This document shows positions 23,525 through 36,046 of a stretch of 64,000 bases of DNA, in pieces. The DNA is from Ascoidea asiatica JCM 7603 (taxonomy: Eukaryota; Fungi; Ascomycota), in assembly GCA_001600695.1 (NCBI GenBank), contig BCKQ01000002.1:765184-829183 (forward strand). Reading direction: 5' to 3'. Below the pieces are notes generated by a model. It was not told the DNA's origin, did no database searches, and was given only the letters and a program-made list of their open reading frames with translations. Made by a program: the position numbers and the translations under genes. The first letter of the stretch is position 1. The number at the start of each line of letters is the position of its first letter.

Positions 23525-25681
23525 TCATTCGACAGTTAATTCTTCAAGATTATTTTCTTTTCCTTTTTCAAGTTGTTCAACAATTTCGTCAATCTTTTTA
23601 CCAGCCCATGAAAACCTTGGATCTATTAAAAATGGTCTCAAATCAAATCTATTATCATCAGGAGAATATTGTTCGGCATGATAACTTGGAGTTAAAACCG
23701 TCTGTTTATGTCTATTAACGGCATAAAAATAAAAGAATCTTTTAACTTTGATTGCAGTTTCTTTTGGAGTTAATTTATCTGACCATAAATGATATAATTT
23801 TAAAAACATTGAGTATGGACCACATTTATCAATTTTACGTAATCTACCAAATATCGATAATTCTTCATAGGTCATTCCCATATCAATTTCATCAGATTGA
23901 ACATAATCTTTTGTTATTGGTTCTAATTCAGCAGTTGGAGTTGCAGTTAAAAATTCATCTAAAATTGGTAAATCAAAATATGTTTCAGAAAATTTAATAA
24001 ACTTTTTTAAATCAGTTTTTGAAATTCCACCAATTGGATTAATATCAGCTGATGAACAATCATATTTTGTTAAATAACCTCTTAAACATTCATCAACATT
24101 TGCAGAACCTAAGACTAATAATCCACCACTTTTTTTACCACGTACCCAAGGTAATAATTGAGCAAATAAATAAGCTAAAACCATTCTTAATCTAGCTTGA
24201 ATATTTTGTAAAGCTAAATTTTCAATTTGAGATCCTCCGAAAATTTTAAAAATTGGTCTTTTACCTGTTGCAACTTCAAATAAATTTATCACAGAAGAAA
24301 CTAAATTATCCATATTTAAATCAACATGATAAGAACCAATTTTTTCAGATAATTCTTTTGCTCTTTTTCTTGTTTCAATTGAAGAATTTTCTGTTCCCAT
24401 AAAACATGTATGAAAAATTCTTTTAGAAAATTCAACAGGATCACTTGCTAAATAATGTTTTTCATTTTCATTTGTTAAAGATATACCTGCTATCATTCTT
24501 GCATCTTTAATAACTTGTAAGTTATTTTCTTTAACAGCTTTTGAAACCATTACACACATTGAATGAACAATAACAGCAGTTGCACAAGAATCAATACCAC
24601 CAGATAAAGGTAAAAAAAAACCAGAACCATGACATCTACGTAAATAATCCCATAACCAACAAGCAGGACCAAAAGCAATTTCTTCTTCAGGCTTATAATA
24701 ATGAATTTCTTTTGGTAAAGAAGGTTTTAAATTTGGATTAAAAGTGAAAGATTGTGGAGATAATTCAATTGGAATATGAATTCTTTCATAATGAGTATTT
24801 CTTGAAATTGCTTGCATTCCATGAGATACTAAAGATCTATAGGATCTTACATCTTCTAAATCTATTGTAGCTGTTATTACTTCAACATCATTTAAAGAAA
24901 ATTGATTTGCTTGTGCAAGTACATTACCATTTAAAGCAATTAATGAACAACCATCATAATATAATCGATCACCATCACAACCTTTTTGATTTGAATAAAG
25001 ATAAATTCCACCACATTTAGTTGAAGCTTCAGTAATTAAATTCATTCTTGTATTTAATTTTCTTAATTCATGATGAGAACCAGAAGAATTAGTTATAATT
25101 TCAACTCCATCTAAAGCTAAAGAAATATGAGGAGAATCCGGAGTAAATAATTCTTCACAAGTTTCAAAACCAATAACAGTATCTAAAGTTGAAATTACAG
25201 CATCACCAATAGTCACAGATAATTGATCAGTTAATTTTTGAATCATTCTTGGTAAAAAAAACTTTTCACAATATTTTTGTTTTAACCAAGGAGTAAAATA
25301 TCTCATTTCTCTATAATTACCATCATTAGCTAACCATAATTTTGGTCTAATTAATAAAATTTTACCATTATAAGATATTATTCTACAATTAAATCTTCTA
25401 TTTTTATGTAAAATTGGCATACCAATATCTAATAAAATATCATAAGTTTCTTTATTTTTAAGAATTGAAGCATACATTTCCCATGAATGTAAATATAAAT
25501 CATTTTCTAAGAAATGATCAAGACAACCATAACCAGGTATTTCTAATTCAGGACCAACTCTTAATTTTGCATTTTTTGATTTAGCTATTTTAATACTTTC
25601 TAAAATTCTGTCTCTATTACCTTCAAAATCCAAAGCCCATTGATTTAAATTACAAGTTGCAACGGTGATATAATGAACCAT
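23525..25681 (-). CDS. QNS1: Glutamine-dependent NAD+ synthetase
   Basis: [27 protein letters not shown] and TKYDCSSAD motifs. Confidence 0.97.
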   Translation of the reverse strand: MVHYITVATCNLNQWALDFEGNRDRILESIKIAKSKNAKLRVGPELEIPGYGCLDHFLENDLYLHSWEMYASILKNKETYDILLDIGMPILHKNRRFNCRIISYNGKILLIRPKLWLANDGNYREMRYFTPWLKQKYCEKFFLPRMIQKLTDQLSVTIGDAVISTLDTVIGFETCEELFTPDSPHISLALDGVEIITNSSGSHHELRKLNTRMNLITEASTKCGGIYLYSNQKGCDGDRLYYDGCSLIALNGNVLAQANQFSLNDVEVITATIDLEDVRSYRSLVSHGMQAISRNTHYERIHIPIELSPQSFTFNPNLKPSLPKEIHYYKPEEEIAFGPACWLWDYLRRCHGSGFFLPLSGGIDSCATAVIVHSMCVMVSKAVKENNLQVIKDARMIAGISLTNENEKHYLASDPVEFSKRIFHTCFMGTENSSIETRKRAKELSEKIGSYHVDLNMDNLVSSVINLFEVATGKRPIFKIFGGSQIENLALQNIQARLRMVLAYLFAQLLPWVRGKKSGGLLVLGSANVDECLRGYLTKYDCSSADINPIGGISKTDLKKFIKFSETYFDLPILDEFLTATPTAELEPITKDYVQSDEIDMGMTYEELSIFGRLRKIDKCGPYSMFLKLYHLWSDKLTPKETAIKVKRFFYFYAVNRHKQTVLTPSYHAEQYSPDDNRFDLRPFLIDPRFSWAGKKIDEIVEQLEKGKENNLEELTVE

Positions 25682-26427
25682 TTTGATTTATATATGAAAA
25701 ATTTAACAATTGAGAAATAATAATCAAGTATCAATAATAATTAAATATCTGAATTTATATCTTAAATGATGAAATATATTATTTCTTTAGATTTAATCGA
25801 TGCTAGATTATTACTTCACTGAATTACACTTCTCGATTCTAATCAGCTTCTTTTATTAAAAGCATTAAAAACTAAATGCAGTTCTTTATAGATGTCGGAC
25901 ATCCCTCCACAAGAAGAATATGTCCAAAATATATCTTCTTATTGTCCTATATCGGGGAACCTCGGGTTCACTAAACTGAACTTTAGGTCAGGCTCTAATA
26001 AAATACAGGACATATTAACACTAGATAAAGTTGAATAATTGATCATATCGTTTATGTTACAGATTATGATACAATTGATTATTTAGTAAAGGCTTTAAGA
26101 AAAATATTACAGAGTAATCTTCAAATTTGTTAACAAGCTAATGATTTTTGTTTTACGTTCTATTACAATAATGGTTTAATTTATTCCCAAGAAAACAGTT
26201 ATTTATTTAAAAAATAGAATAAAATATAAAAATACAATTAGAAAAGAATAAAATAGGGCCAATAATTTAAATAAAGAGGTAAACATTAAAAAAGAATAAG
26301 AGAAAAAAATGTTTTTTTTATAAATTTTTTTGTTTTTAAAAATTTTTTTTTGTGGTTTTGATGTTTTTTTTCAACTTTCTTGGGAATTTTTGATAAATAA
26401 TTTTGATATGATATGGTTACTTAATTA

Positions 26428-27735
26428 TTAAGCACAAATAAAACCAGGAAATTCATTATCAACCTTAGGATTACTTTCAACTGTTAAAAGCATCTTACCA
26501 TGAATTGAGGTATGATGAGGTTCATTGAAAAGGCTGTAAAATATTCTAAATCTATCTCCCATGAACTTTTCTGCAATATGTTTAATGAATCTTTTGATGA
26601 AATCTATAAGTTTTTCTTTGGTATATTCATCAAAAAATCTGTCTTTTCTACAGTAAGAAACTTTGAATCCAACAGAATGTGACAAGGATAAAGCTTCAGC
26701 AAAATCGGAATCAGGTGATGCGCTTGACATATTATAAAGATTGGAAGATTCAGAATCATCATTTCTTTTAACAAGGGAAGCAAATTTTTGGAAATCTTTG
26801 TCTTTAACATTAATTTTATCATCTTCTTCAACTTTGTTTTGCTTTTTATTGAAATGCCCATAAATGGCACTGGTTTCAGGAGTATAAGCTCTGATAATAC
26901 ATTGACTTCCATTTTCAAATAATCCAACTTCTAATTCAATATTTCCCATGAATACAGAAAATTCCCATTTTTTAACTTTTGATTTACTATTTTGGATTTC
27001 CATTGATCTAGAATTTTTAGTGGAAACAATTTTATTACTTGAATCATAACCAATAATTTCAGATGATCTAAGTTTATAACCTTCTTCACCAAGTTTTATA
27101 AATCTATTATTTACAACTTCATTAGCAAAAGCAAAATCACTAAATTTAAATTTTTTCTCAGAACTAAAATCAGAAATATTATTATTTGAATCAAAATCTC
27201 TTGTAACAAGAGTAGTACCAACAGTTAAAACTAAAGCAGAAGTAATTAATACCCTACTAGCAGCAGTTAAAGCGGTTCCAATTGTATGAGCGCTACATTC
27301 AAATGCTTTTCCAGGTACAATTGTCCAACCAGCATGATTTGTTGAGTGAATAAAAGCTCCGCTACAAGCAGTTGTCATTCCTCCAAGATTGAAAGCAAGG
27401 CCAGCATAATTTCCCATAGCAGATCCCATTTCACCAGCAATTAAAGCAGTTCCTGCTGGTGTAAGTCCATTATTGGTTAAATTTTTTTCATTTTCTTTAG
27501 AATTTATAGAGTTAAAGTTATCAATATCGATTGAATTGCTTTCGGTACTTTTGGCTTTATTATTCACAATAGTAGTGGTGGTTTCAGAATTAGTTGATTG
27601 TTCATCAGTTGGAGTGGTGGTTCAGTTGAAAGTTGAATTTAAAGTTGGAGGTTGAGATGGTAATGGAACTGGGATTGATTGAACAGTTAAAAAAATTGTT
27701 AAATAAGCCCAAAAATTCTTAGTTGATAAATGCAT
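26428..27735 (-). pseudogene. K1-killer-toxin-like preprotoxin gene interrupted by one in-frame TGA at codon 38 (27622-27624)
   Basis: ATG 27735 begins a signal peptide (MHLSTKNFWAYLTIFLTVQSIP) in frame with the 379-aa track ORF; Gly/Ala-rich hydrophobic alpha-like region; Kex2 site VKR; C-terminal GFKVSYC..IAEKF..ES..NEFPGFIC resembles K1 beta GIKASYC..LAEKLF..EES..NDFEGC. Confidence 0.7.
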
Positions 27736-28807
27736 TTTGAAAAATAATTCACTTAATTAGTTATTATAGTTATTGAAGCTATTATAGTTATTACTATTAT
27801 AGTTATTACTATTATGTTTTTTATTTAATTTTTATTATATTTTAATTATTAATAGTATTAGTATTGAATTATTTATTTAGATTAATAACAAAAGATAAAG
27901 AATAATAAGTATAAAAAAAAAGAAAAAGAATAAATATATATTTTCTATCAAAGGAATCTCTTTCTTTACTTATATATTACATTCATTCTATATAATTTAT
28001 TTCCAAAAGTATATTATATTTTGAATAAATAATGAAAGCTAGCTATTCACATAGTTAAGTTTAAGCTCATAGGATAATATTTTAAAATTATAATAAATTA
28101 ATCATGATAATAAGATGTTGTATTTTATTTTTGAATGTATCGTTTTAGGTATTTCTGTTTTAAAATTTACCAGATTTACTATGCTTATTTCTTATTGGCT
28201 GTGTTTAATATCCTTTATCATATTATATCATATATTTTATTTTATTTTTGATATTTACTATTTTATTTAAAGTTTCTCATTCTATTTTAAAAAGGGTCCT
28301 GCCAAAGCAAGCAGTACCACAGACACGGCTTCTACTCGAATAACAATCTTTTACAAGTTTACAAACACAAACATGCTTTAATCTTATTAAAACAGTGATA
28401 GTCTTTTGCTATTATTGCGAAAGAACGTTGCTATCTTATTTATCTCATTATTGAAATGTAAAAGATCAAGGTAATCTTTGTCAAAAATTCATATTCAATA
28501 GCAAAAGTTTGAAAATAATGTTACTTTCTGCATAATAGGAAACAATTTTAACTAAATCTACTTATAATAATGGATTGTATAGTCTTTATTTTTGAATCCA
28601 CTGTAAACGGATGGAAGCAATAGAAGATCTTATATTATTTACTCCACGTTATGTATCTATCTTAGATTATGGCTTTAATAGGTAAGCTGCTTTCTGAGGT
28701 CAAGAAAGATTTTACTCTGTAATATTCTAATTAAAAAAATATATACTGTACGTATATCTATAGTATTTTATAAATTCAGTTAATATTATATATTTATGAA
28801 TCAAATT

Positions 28808-30532
28808 TCAATCTTCTGGATTAGATAAAACTAATTCAGGAATTGAATCAATTTTATTTTCATTAATCCAAGTTTCTCCTAATGTTAATAATCGAATAGC
28901 TGATGTACTTTTTTTAGTTTTTAAAAATTCATTTGGTAAAGTTATAGATAATAATTTTAATAATTTTATACCTTGATTACCAAAATTAATTAAAAATTCT
29001 TTTGCAGAAGATTCCCACCAATTACTTAATAAATAAAAAACAGAATCATTAATTAAATTTAAATTTAAATTTAAAATTCTTGAAATTAAAATCCAACTAT
29101 CATTTAAAGTTAATGGTAAATTTTTATATGAAATTTGATTTTGAAATAAATTTAAATTAAATTTATTATTAAGATTAAAAATTGAAATTTTTGTCATAAC
29201 AGAATATAAAGTAAAAATTCCTCCAATTCTTTCATTATATCTTTCTAAAGTTTCCCAATTTGAAGATTTATTTAATTTTTTAAAACCCATTAAAATTCTA
29301 TCATTTTCATTATTTATTTCACATGAATAACCAAGTATATATGGACATTTTTTATAAAATTTTGCAAATAAAATTTCTTTGAATTCAGGTAATTCAATTA
29401 ATAATAAATAAGCTAATAAAGCTAAAGGTAAAGAAGAATTAAAAGAAGCACCAATTTCAGATTCAGCTTGTTTTATAAAACATTTTGCAGTAAAATGTAA
29501 TAACCATTTATAATTAATATTATCAATATTATTAATTTTTGGTAAATTTTGATTTTTTGAATCTATTAAAATTTCTACAATTATATCTTTTATTGAAATT
29601 ATTTTTTTAATACTATTTGTTAATTGACCAAATTTTGGATTAATTTTAATTTTTTTCATAAAACAATAATTTTTAATATTTTTAATATTTATATCATTTT
29701 TTGAATTATTATTTATAAATAATTTTATATTATTATGATGAAATTGACAAATTTCTCTATTTTTTAATAAAATTTCTTTAATTTCATTTAAATTTGATTT
29801 ATTATTAATATTTGATTGATTTAATAAATTAAATTCTTTATCTTTTCTTGATTTTAATAATTTTTCTTTTAATTTTTCTTTTTTTTCATTTTCAATTCTT
29901 CTATATTCATCATCTTTTTCTTTTTCTAATTTAAGTTTTAAAATTTCTTGTTGTTTTAATTTTTCATCATTTTCTTTTTTAATTCTTTCTTCTTCTTGTT
30001 TTTTTAATTTTAAAGTTTCAATTCTTTTTCTTTCAGCTTCTTTTGCTTCTTTTTCTTCTTTTAATTTTTGTAATTTTAATTGTTCTAATATTCTTAAATT
30101 TTCTAATCTTTTTTCTTCTTCAAGTTTTAATCTTTTTTTTTCTTTTTCTTCTTCTTCTAATTTTAATTTTTTTAATAAAATTTTTCTTTTTTTCTCATTT
30201 TGAATATTTAAATTAATTTGATTAAATTTTAAATCATTTAAATTAATTCTTTTATTTAAATTAAATGTGAAATTTTCAAATAATTCATTTTTCTTATTTT
30301 TATTAATCTCATCATCTAGATTTATAAGATTTATATTATATTGAAAATCATTATTGAATTGATTATAATTATTTAATTGATTATTTTGATAATTTATTGA
30401 AAATTTTTCTAAATTTTGATTTAATTTATTTATTGAATTTTTTATTGATAAATTTGGTGGATTATTATAATCATTTGAATTGTAATCATTTGAATTGATA
30501 TTAGTATATTCAGGGATATAATGAAATGACAT
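28808..30532 (-). CDS. GLE1: mRNA export factor / nucleoporin Gle1
   Basis: Coiled coil followed by KINPKFGQLTNS, AK..IKQAESE, KKCPY, YNERIGG and WWE motifs. Confidence 0.92.
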   Translation of the reverse strand: MSFHYIPEYTNINSNDYNSNDYNNPPNLSIKNSINKLNQNLEKFSINYQNNQLNNYNQFNNDFQYNINLINLDDEINKNKKNELFENFTFNLNKRINLNDLKFNQINLNIQNEKKRKILLKKLKLEEEEKEKKRLKLEEEKRLENLRILEQLKLQKLKEEKEAKEAERKRIETLKLKKQEEERIKKENDEKLKQQEILKLKLEKEKDDEYRRIENEKKEKLKEKLLKSRKDKEFNLLNQSNINNKSNLNEIKEILLKNREICQFHHNNIKLFINNNSKNDINIKNIKNYCFMKKIKINPKFGQLTNSIKKIISIKDIIVEILIDSKNQNLPKINNIDNINYKWLLHFTAKCFIKQAESEIGASFNSSLPLALLAYLLLIELPEFKEILFAKFYKKCPYILGYSCEINNENDRILMGFKKLNKSSNWETLERYNERIGGIFTLYSVMTKISIFNLNNKFNLNLFQNQISYKNLPLTLNDSWILISRILNLNLNLINDSVFYLLSNWWESSAKEFLINFGNQGIKLLKLLSITLPNEFLKTKKSTSAIRLLTLGETWINENKIDSIPELVLSNPED

Positions 30533-31185
30533 CTTTTTATTTACTTTAGTATGATATTGAATATTTGATTGATTATATTATATTGTATTATTATTTAATT
30601 ATCCATTATCCATTATCAATTATCCATTATTTAATATCTAATATCTAATATCTAATTCTTTAATTCTTTAATTATTTAAACCTTTTTTTTATTATTGAAT
30701 TTTTTACTTTACCGCCCAGAAGTGAAATTAATATTTGAAATCCATCCAGAGACCAGTATTGCGGATCATCTGCCAGTAATCCATCCAGCCTCCATGCTTT
30801 TTGTGTTTGTTTTGTTTATGCTTTGATTTTGTTGTGGAATTGTTGCCTGATTTTCTGAAGCGCTGCGAGTGAGGAAGGTGAAGAAGAAACAAAAGATGGT
30901 TCTGATTCTGGATCTGAGATGAGACAATTGATATAAAATAATTTAATGTTACTTGATAAAGGAATCAATGAAACAATGAATCAATAAATCATTAATCAAG
31001 CTATTATCAACTATTGAATTACTCAATTACCTAGAATATCATTGCAAATTATAACAAGCTATAATATTTACTTTTCATTATTTACTTACTTACTTACTTA
31101 ATCACTCAATATATAATTTGCTTAATCAAAATAACTTATTAATTATTCCTATATTGCTTACAATAAAGAAAAGAAGTTTTAACAA

Positions 31186-31884
31186 ATGTCATTAATAAGT
31201 TCTAATTCAAATCAAGAAAGTCAAAATAATCAGGATACTCATGATACTCAACAACAAGAGAATGATAATAATAAAGAGAATAAAAATTTAGTTAATAGAT
31301 TTGAATTATTGAATAAAGCAACAATTTTTGCATTAAATAAATCTATTGAAACTTTAACATTAGAAAAATTATCAACATGTTATCCAAAAATTTGTAAAAA
31401 TTCAAAAAATTTAAAATTTTTAAAAAATGCAGAAAATCAAGTTAAAGAATTTTATTTAAATGGTTGTAAAAATGAATTTAAAGAAATTTATAAAGAAAGA
31501 AATTTAAAAGAAAATTTAAATAATTTAGATAATTTAATTAATATTGCAAATGAAAATCATAAAATAAAATTCAATGAAAAAAATAATTCAAATTCAAATT
31601 TAAATATAAATAATATTTATAATTCATCACCGGAAAATATAACTTTAAATAATTTATATCAAGAAAAATTAAATTATATTAAAAATTTAAATGAAAGATT
31701 AATAAAATTAACTAATAGAAATAATGAATTATTAAATGAAATAAATTTTAAAAAAAATGAATCAAAGAAAATAATAAGTATGGTTGATGATGAAATTGTT
31801 GATATTAGAAGTATTTCTAAATCTCTTGATCAAGTAAACAAAAATGACATGGAACTTGATTTTGATATTGAACTGGTTATTTAA
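31186..31884 (+). CDS. NNF1: MIND/Mis12 kinetochore complex subunit Nnf1
   Basis: RFELL..AL..S....EKLSTCYP and EF..I..ERNLKE.LN.LD.LI..A motifs; C-terminal coiled coil. Confidence 0.85.
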   Translation: MSLISSNSNQESQNNQDTHDTQQQENDNNKENKNLVNRFELLNKATIFALNKSIETLTLEKLSTCYPKICKNSKNLKFLKNAENQVKEFYLNGCKNEFKEIYKERNLKENLNNLDNLINIANENHKIKFNEKNNSNSNLNINNIYNSSPENITLNNLYQEKLNYIKNLNERLIKLTNRNNELLNEINFKKNESKKIISMVDDEIVDIRSISKSLDQVNKNDMELDFDIELVI

Positions 31885-32596
31885 TTCAAATTCATTCACT
31901 TAATTCATCTAATTCATCTTCTTTATCAATCAATCACATAATAAGAAGAAATGAGACCATACTTATGGAGCTGCTGCACATTGTTTGTTTACTTTTTGCT
32001 TTGTTTTGTTTTGTTTTGTTTTGCTTTGCTTTTCCACTTCGGATTCCTCGCTGCTTTTGCTGGGTGCTCCATAAAACAAGAATTGAAACTGGCTGTTTTC
32101 AGTGTCGGAGGTCATTCTGCACGTGCCGTCTTCTCGGCAGGTCGGGTTGTGAGCCTTGCCTGTTTCTCTGTTATCTCCGCTTGTTTTCTTCTTTATTCCT
32201 TTCTTTGCTGTTTACTCCGCATCTAGCCCAATCTCAGTACTCTTCAAAGCTCTTTTCTTGACTAATTATCAAATCTCACTCGGACTTCAAATCACTAATC
32301 ATTAATTACTCTCTCATCTTTAAAATCTTTATCTAATTATTTTATCAAATAATCAAATTCAAATATATTTATCAAAATATTCAAATAACTACATCAAAGG
32401 AAAAATATTCATTCAATTATATAAACAATTTATCTATAATTCAATTAGTTATTATATCCTTTAGATCCTTATTATATTCTCATTTGTATTATTAATTAAT
32501 ACTTTATTATAAGATTATCTATAATTTTTAAACAAAAAAATATAAGTATTTCAATTCAATATAGTTCAATTCCATTATATTTCATTACATTTTAAA

Positions 32597-34096
32597 ATGT
32601 TTTCAAAATCTTTAAAAGAATTTCCAAGATTTAATCAATCAATAATAAATTCTTCTTCAAAAATTTTTTCAAAAAATTTTTCTACTCAAATTTCTAAAAA
32701 TTCATTATTAATAAATAATTCAAATAAATTTTTAATTAATAATAAAATTTTTTCAAAAAGATCTTTTGCAACTGAAGTTAAAGCAGGTGAATCAATTTTA
32801 AAAAATGCTAAAATTTCAAATCAAAATCCAATTATACCTGATGAAGTTTTAGATTTAAATATAAAAAGTATAAATAAAGATTCTGTTGGTTCAAGACCAA
32901 TTTATTTAGATATGCAAGCAACAACTCCAACTGATCCAAGAGTTTTAGATTATATGTTACAATTTTATACTGGTTTATATGGTAATCCACATTCTAGAAC
33001 TCATGCTTATGGTTGGGAAACTGATAATGCTGTTGAACTTGCAAGAAAAAATGTTGCAGATATTATAAATTGTGATCCAAAAGAAATTATTTTCACTTCC
33101 GGTGCAACTGAATCAAATAATATGTGTATAAAAGGTGTACCAAGATTTTATTCAAAAACTAAAAAACATATAATAACTTGTCAAACTGAACATAAATGTG
33201 TTTTAAATTCTGCTCGTCATATGCAAGATGAAGGTTTTGATGTAACTTATTTACCTGTTAATGAAAATGGTTTAATTAATATTGAAGATTTAAAAAATTC
33301 AATAAGAAATGATACTTGTTTAGTTTCAATTATGGCTGTAAATAATGAAATTGGTGTAATTCAACCTTTAGAAGAAATTGGTAAAATTTGTAGAGAAAAT
33401 AAAATTTTTTTTCATACTGATTGTGCTCAAGCTTATGGTAAAATTGATATTGATGTTAATAAATTAAATATTGATTTAATGAGTATAAGTTCTCATAAAA
33501 TTTATGGTCCAAAAGGTATTGGTGCTGTTTATGTTAGAAGAAGACCAAGAGTTAGATTAGATCCAATTATTACTGGTGGTGGTCAAGAAAGAGGTTTAAG
33601 ATCTGGTACTTTAGCTCCTCCATTAGTTGCAGGTTTTGGTGAAGCTGCAAGATTAATGTTACAAGAAAAAAAATTTGATAATGATCATATTAATAAATTA
33701 TCAAAAAAATTAACTGATAATTTATTATTAATGGAACATACTGTTTTAAATGGTTCTAAAATTAATCATTATCCCGGTTGTGTAAATATATCTTTTGCTT
33801 ATGTTGAAGGTGAATCTTTATTAATGGCTTTGAAAGATATAGCTTTAAGTTCAGGTTCTGCTTGTACTTCTGCTTCTTTAGAACCAAGTTATGTTTTACA
33901 TGCTTTAGGTAAAGATGATGCTTTAGCTCATTCTTCAATTAGATTTGGTATTGGTAGATTTACAACTGAAGCTGAAGTTGATTATGTTATAAAAGCTTTA
34001 CAACAAAGAGTTGCTTTCTTAAGAGAATTAAGTCCATTATGGGAAATGGTTAAAGAAGGTATTGATTTAAATTCAATTGAATGGTCAGGTCATTAA
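32597..34096 (+). CDS. NFS1: Mitochondrial cysteine desulfurase
   Basis: [34 protein letters not shown] and C-terminal WSGH. Confidence 0.98.
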   Translation: MFSKSLKEFPRFNQSIINSSSKIFSKNFSTQISKNSLLINNSNKFLINNKIFSKRSFATEVKAGESILKNAKISNQNPIIPDEVLDLNIKSINKDSVGSRPIYLDMQATTPTDPRVLDYMLQFYTGLYGNPHSRTHAYGWETDNAVELARKNVADIINCDPKEIIFTSGATESNNMCIKGVPRFYSKTKKHIITCQTEHKCVLNSARHMQDEGFDVTYLPVNENGLINIEDLKNSIRNDTCLVSIMAVNNEIGVIQPLEEIGKICRENKIFFHTDCAQAYGKIDIDVNKLNIDLMSISSHKIYGPKGIGAVYVRRRPRVRLDPIITGGGQERGLRSGTLAPPLVAGFGEAARLMLQEKKFDNDHINKLSKKLTDNLLLMEHTVLNGSKINHYPGCVNISFAYVEGESLLMALKDIALSSGSACTSASLEPSYVLHALGKDDALAHSSIRFGIGRFTTEAEVDYVIKALQQRVAFLRELSPLWEMVKEGIDLNSIEWSGH

Positions 34097-34567
34097 ACTT
34101 TCTTTAATTTTTTTTAACTCTTTTAAATCCTTATCATTTTTTTACCAATTTTTATTCAAAATAATAATTCAAAATAATTTGTTAGTGTATTCAGTAAATA
34201 TTCCTCTTTTTTGTCATGTCATTCCTTTTAAATAATTTATCTACATAAATATAATGTCTATAACGTAATAATAACTACAATCAACCTATTAAATAGATAA
34301 TTAATACGATTGATCTCAATCTCTTCGATTATTGTAATCAATGTCAGGGCTCTTAAACCATTGTATAAGGGCTCTTAAAATGAAAGTAACACTTAGTAAA
34401 AAGTCTTTTCAGATATTTTTTCATTAAACTTGTTTATTTATACTATTATAGTCCTTTCAATCATTTGATATCTATTTTATTTTTCTTTGTTTCTTTTCAT
34501 TTATTGTTTATCTAAAAAAATTAAATTAATAAAGGCAAAAAAAAATGAAGTATTTATTCAATAAAAA

Positions 34568-35653
34568 TCAAGCCCATTTTCCAAGAAGAGCCATTAAAGC
34601 AACTCCACAACACAATAAAGTCAAAGCACTTATTAACTTTATTATACTCGAATGATTTTCTTCACCTGGTTTTTTATCAAATTCATTACTAAAGATAAAT
34701 TCATGAGCAATTAATTCTACAATAGAGGTATATAATAATATTCCTGCAGAAATACTATCAAATACACCATTTGTAATTAATGCTGTTCTCGAATTTGGAG
34801 AATAGGAATTCCTAACCCCTAATCCAATGGCAATTGAAATAGGCGTACATAATCCATATGCTATGGCTAAAAAATATGGAATTTTTTTTTTACTTTCAGA
34901 CCATTCAATTTCACAAATCCTTGAACCTAATCCTAATCCTTCAAATAATTGATGAAAAACAATTACAACATATAATGTTTTAAATTCTTCTCCAGAAACT
35001 GCTAAACTTAAACCAACAAATATTGAATGAAATATAATACCAAATTCCAAAACCAAGATAGAAAATAATTGTCCTGAAAATGAATTGACTTCATTCATTG
35101 AACTTTTTTCCTCAATTTTAATTTCCCTTGATTGTTTTAAATTATTATGTTTATCGGAGTTATTATGTTCATATTCATTAAGATCTGTGTTATCCAAAAC
35201 ATCAGAAAAATGTAAATGAACTTCATTATTTTTTTCGAGTTTCGTTTTCAAAGTATCTTTGAAATAATAGGGATTTCTTTTTAGATATTGCAAAATAAAA
35301 ACTTCAAAAATAAATAAAACTACTAATGTCATCAAGGAAATAGCTAAAGCCCAAGGATATTCATCAAATACACCACCGAGACATTCATTTGATAAAGCTT
35401 CGATAGCAGGATCTAATAAATGAATGAAAGAAGTTGCTAAAATAACACCACTACCAAAATATTTACAAAAGAAGAAACACCAGTCCGGGACTTTAATAAA
35501 AGAGTATTTTGATGAGAGCACAGGAAAAAAGGATCCAAAACTTGAAGAAACAAGAACAACAAAAACTGAGGAAATTCGTGCCCCCAACAACTCATTTGTA
35601 TAATCATTACCAGCTAAACATGTAGTTTCTCGGGTATAAAGATTCTTAAACAT
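34568..35653 (-). CDS. ZRT2: ZIP-family zinc transporter (Zrt2-like)
   Basis: KYFGSGVILATSFIHLL, ECLGG.F.EYPWA, EFGIIFHS, FHQLFEGLGLG and MALLGKWA motifs. Confidence 0.88.
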   Translation of the reverse strand: MFKNLYTRETTCLAGNDYTNELLGARISSVFVVLVSSSFGSFFPVLSSKYSFIKVPDWCFFFCKYFGSGVILATSFIHLLDPAIEALSNECLGGVFDEYPWALAISLMTLVVLFIFEVFILQYLKRNPYYFKDTLKTKLEKNNEVHLHFSDVLDNTDLNEYEHNNSDKHNNLKQSREIKIEEKSSMNEVNSFSGQLFSILVLEFGIIFHSIFVGLSLAVSGEEFKTLYVVIVFHQLFEGLGLGSRICEIEWSESKKKIPYFLAIAYGLCTPISIAIGLGVRNSYSPNSRTALITNGVFDSISAGILLYTSIVELIAHEFIFSNEFDKKPGEENHSSIIKLISALTLLCCGVALMALLGKWA

Positions 35654-36035
35654 TTTTGAAATTTTCTTCCAAAACTATAAAAAATATCTATATTATTCTT
35701 AGATTTTCATATTTTATGGAGGTGAAAATATTAATATTCAAGGAAAATTGCTAATATATATCGTCTTCAAACTGAAAGTTTGAATTAATTTTAAAAAATC
35801 TTGGAAATCAATTTATTTGAGAATTTATTTCAGCATAATTCCCCTTCAACAAAAGAGGTTACTGCGTAACTACTTTTGTATTTAACTGCTTAAGACATTG
35901 AATTTTGAATTTTTCTGGAAGTAAATTGAGGTTATTTATTTCAAATATGATCTAGTTTAAAAATTGAGAGAACCTTCTTCAATATGTCCGATTACTTGTT
36001 ATTCAATAATTACTCTGGTTCAAAGAACAAAAAAT

Positions 36036-36046
36036 ACCTTGAAGGT
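36036..36046. promoter_or_regulatory. Zinc-responsive element (Zap1 site) ACCTTGAAGGT
   Basis: Perfect match to the ACCTTNAAGGT consensus, ~380 bp upstream of the ZIP transporter. Confidence 0.8.

Noticed and set aside
25945-25990. GGGTTCA motif suggestive of a tRNA T-arm
   Set aside because: No cloverleaf and no GTTCRANNC B-box
31951-32261. 91/98-aa Cys/Phe-rich ORFs upstream of NFS1
   Set aside because: Arise from TTTTG repeats and GC-rich promoter sequence (contains a CACGTG); not credible proteins
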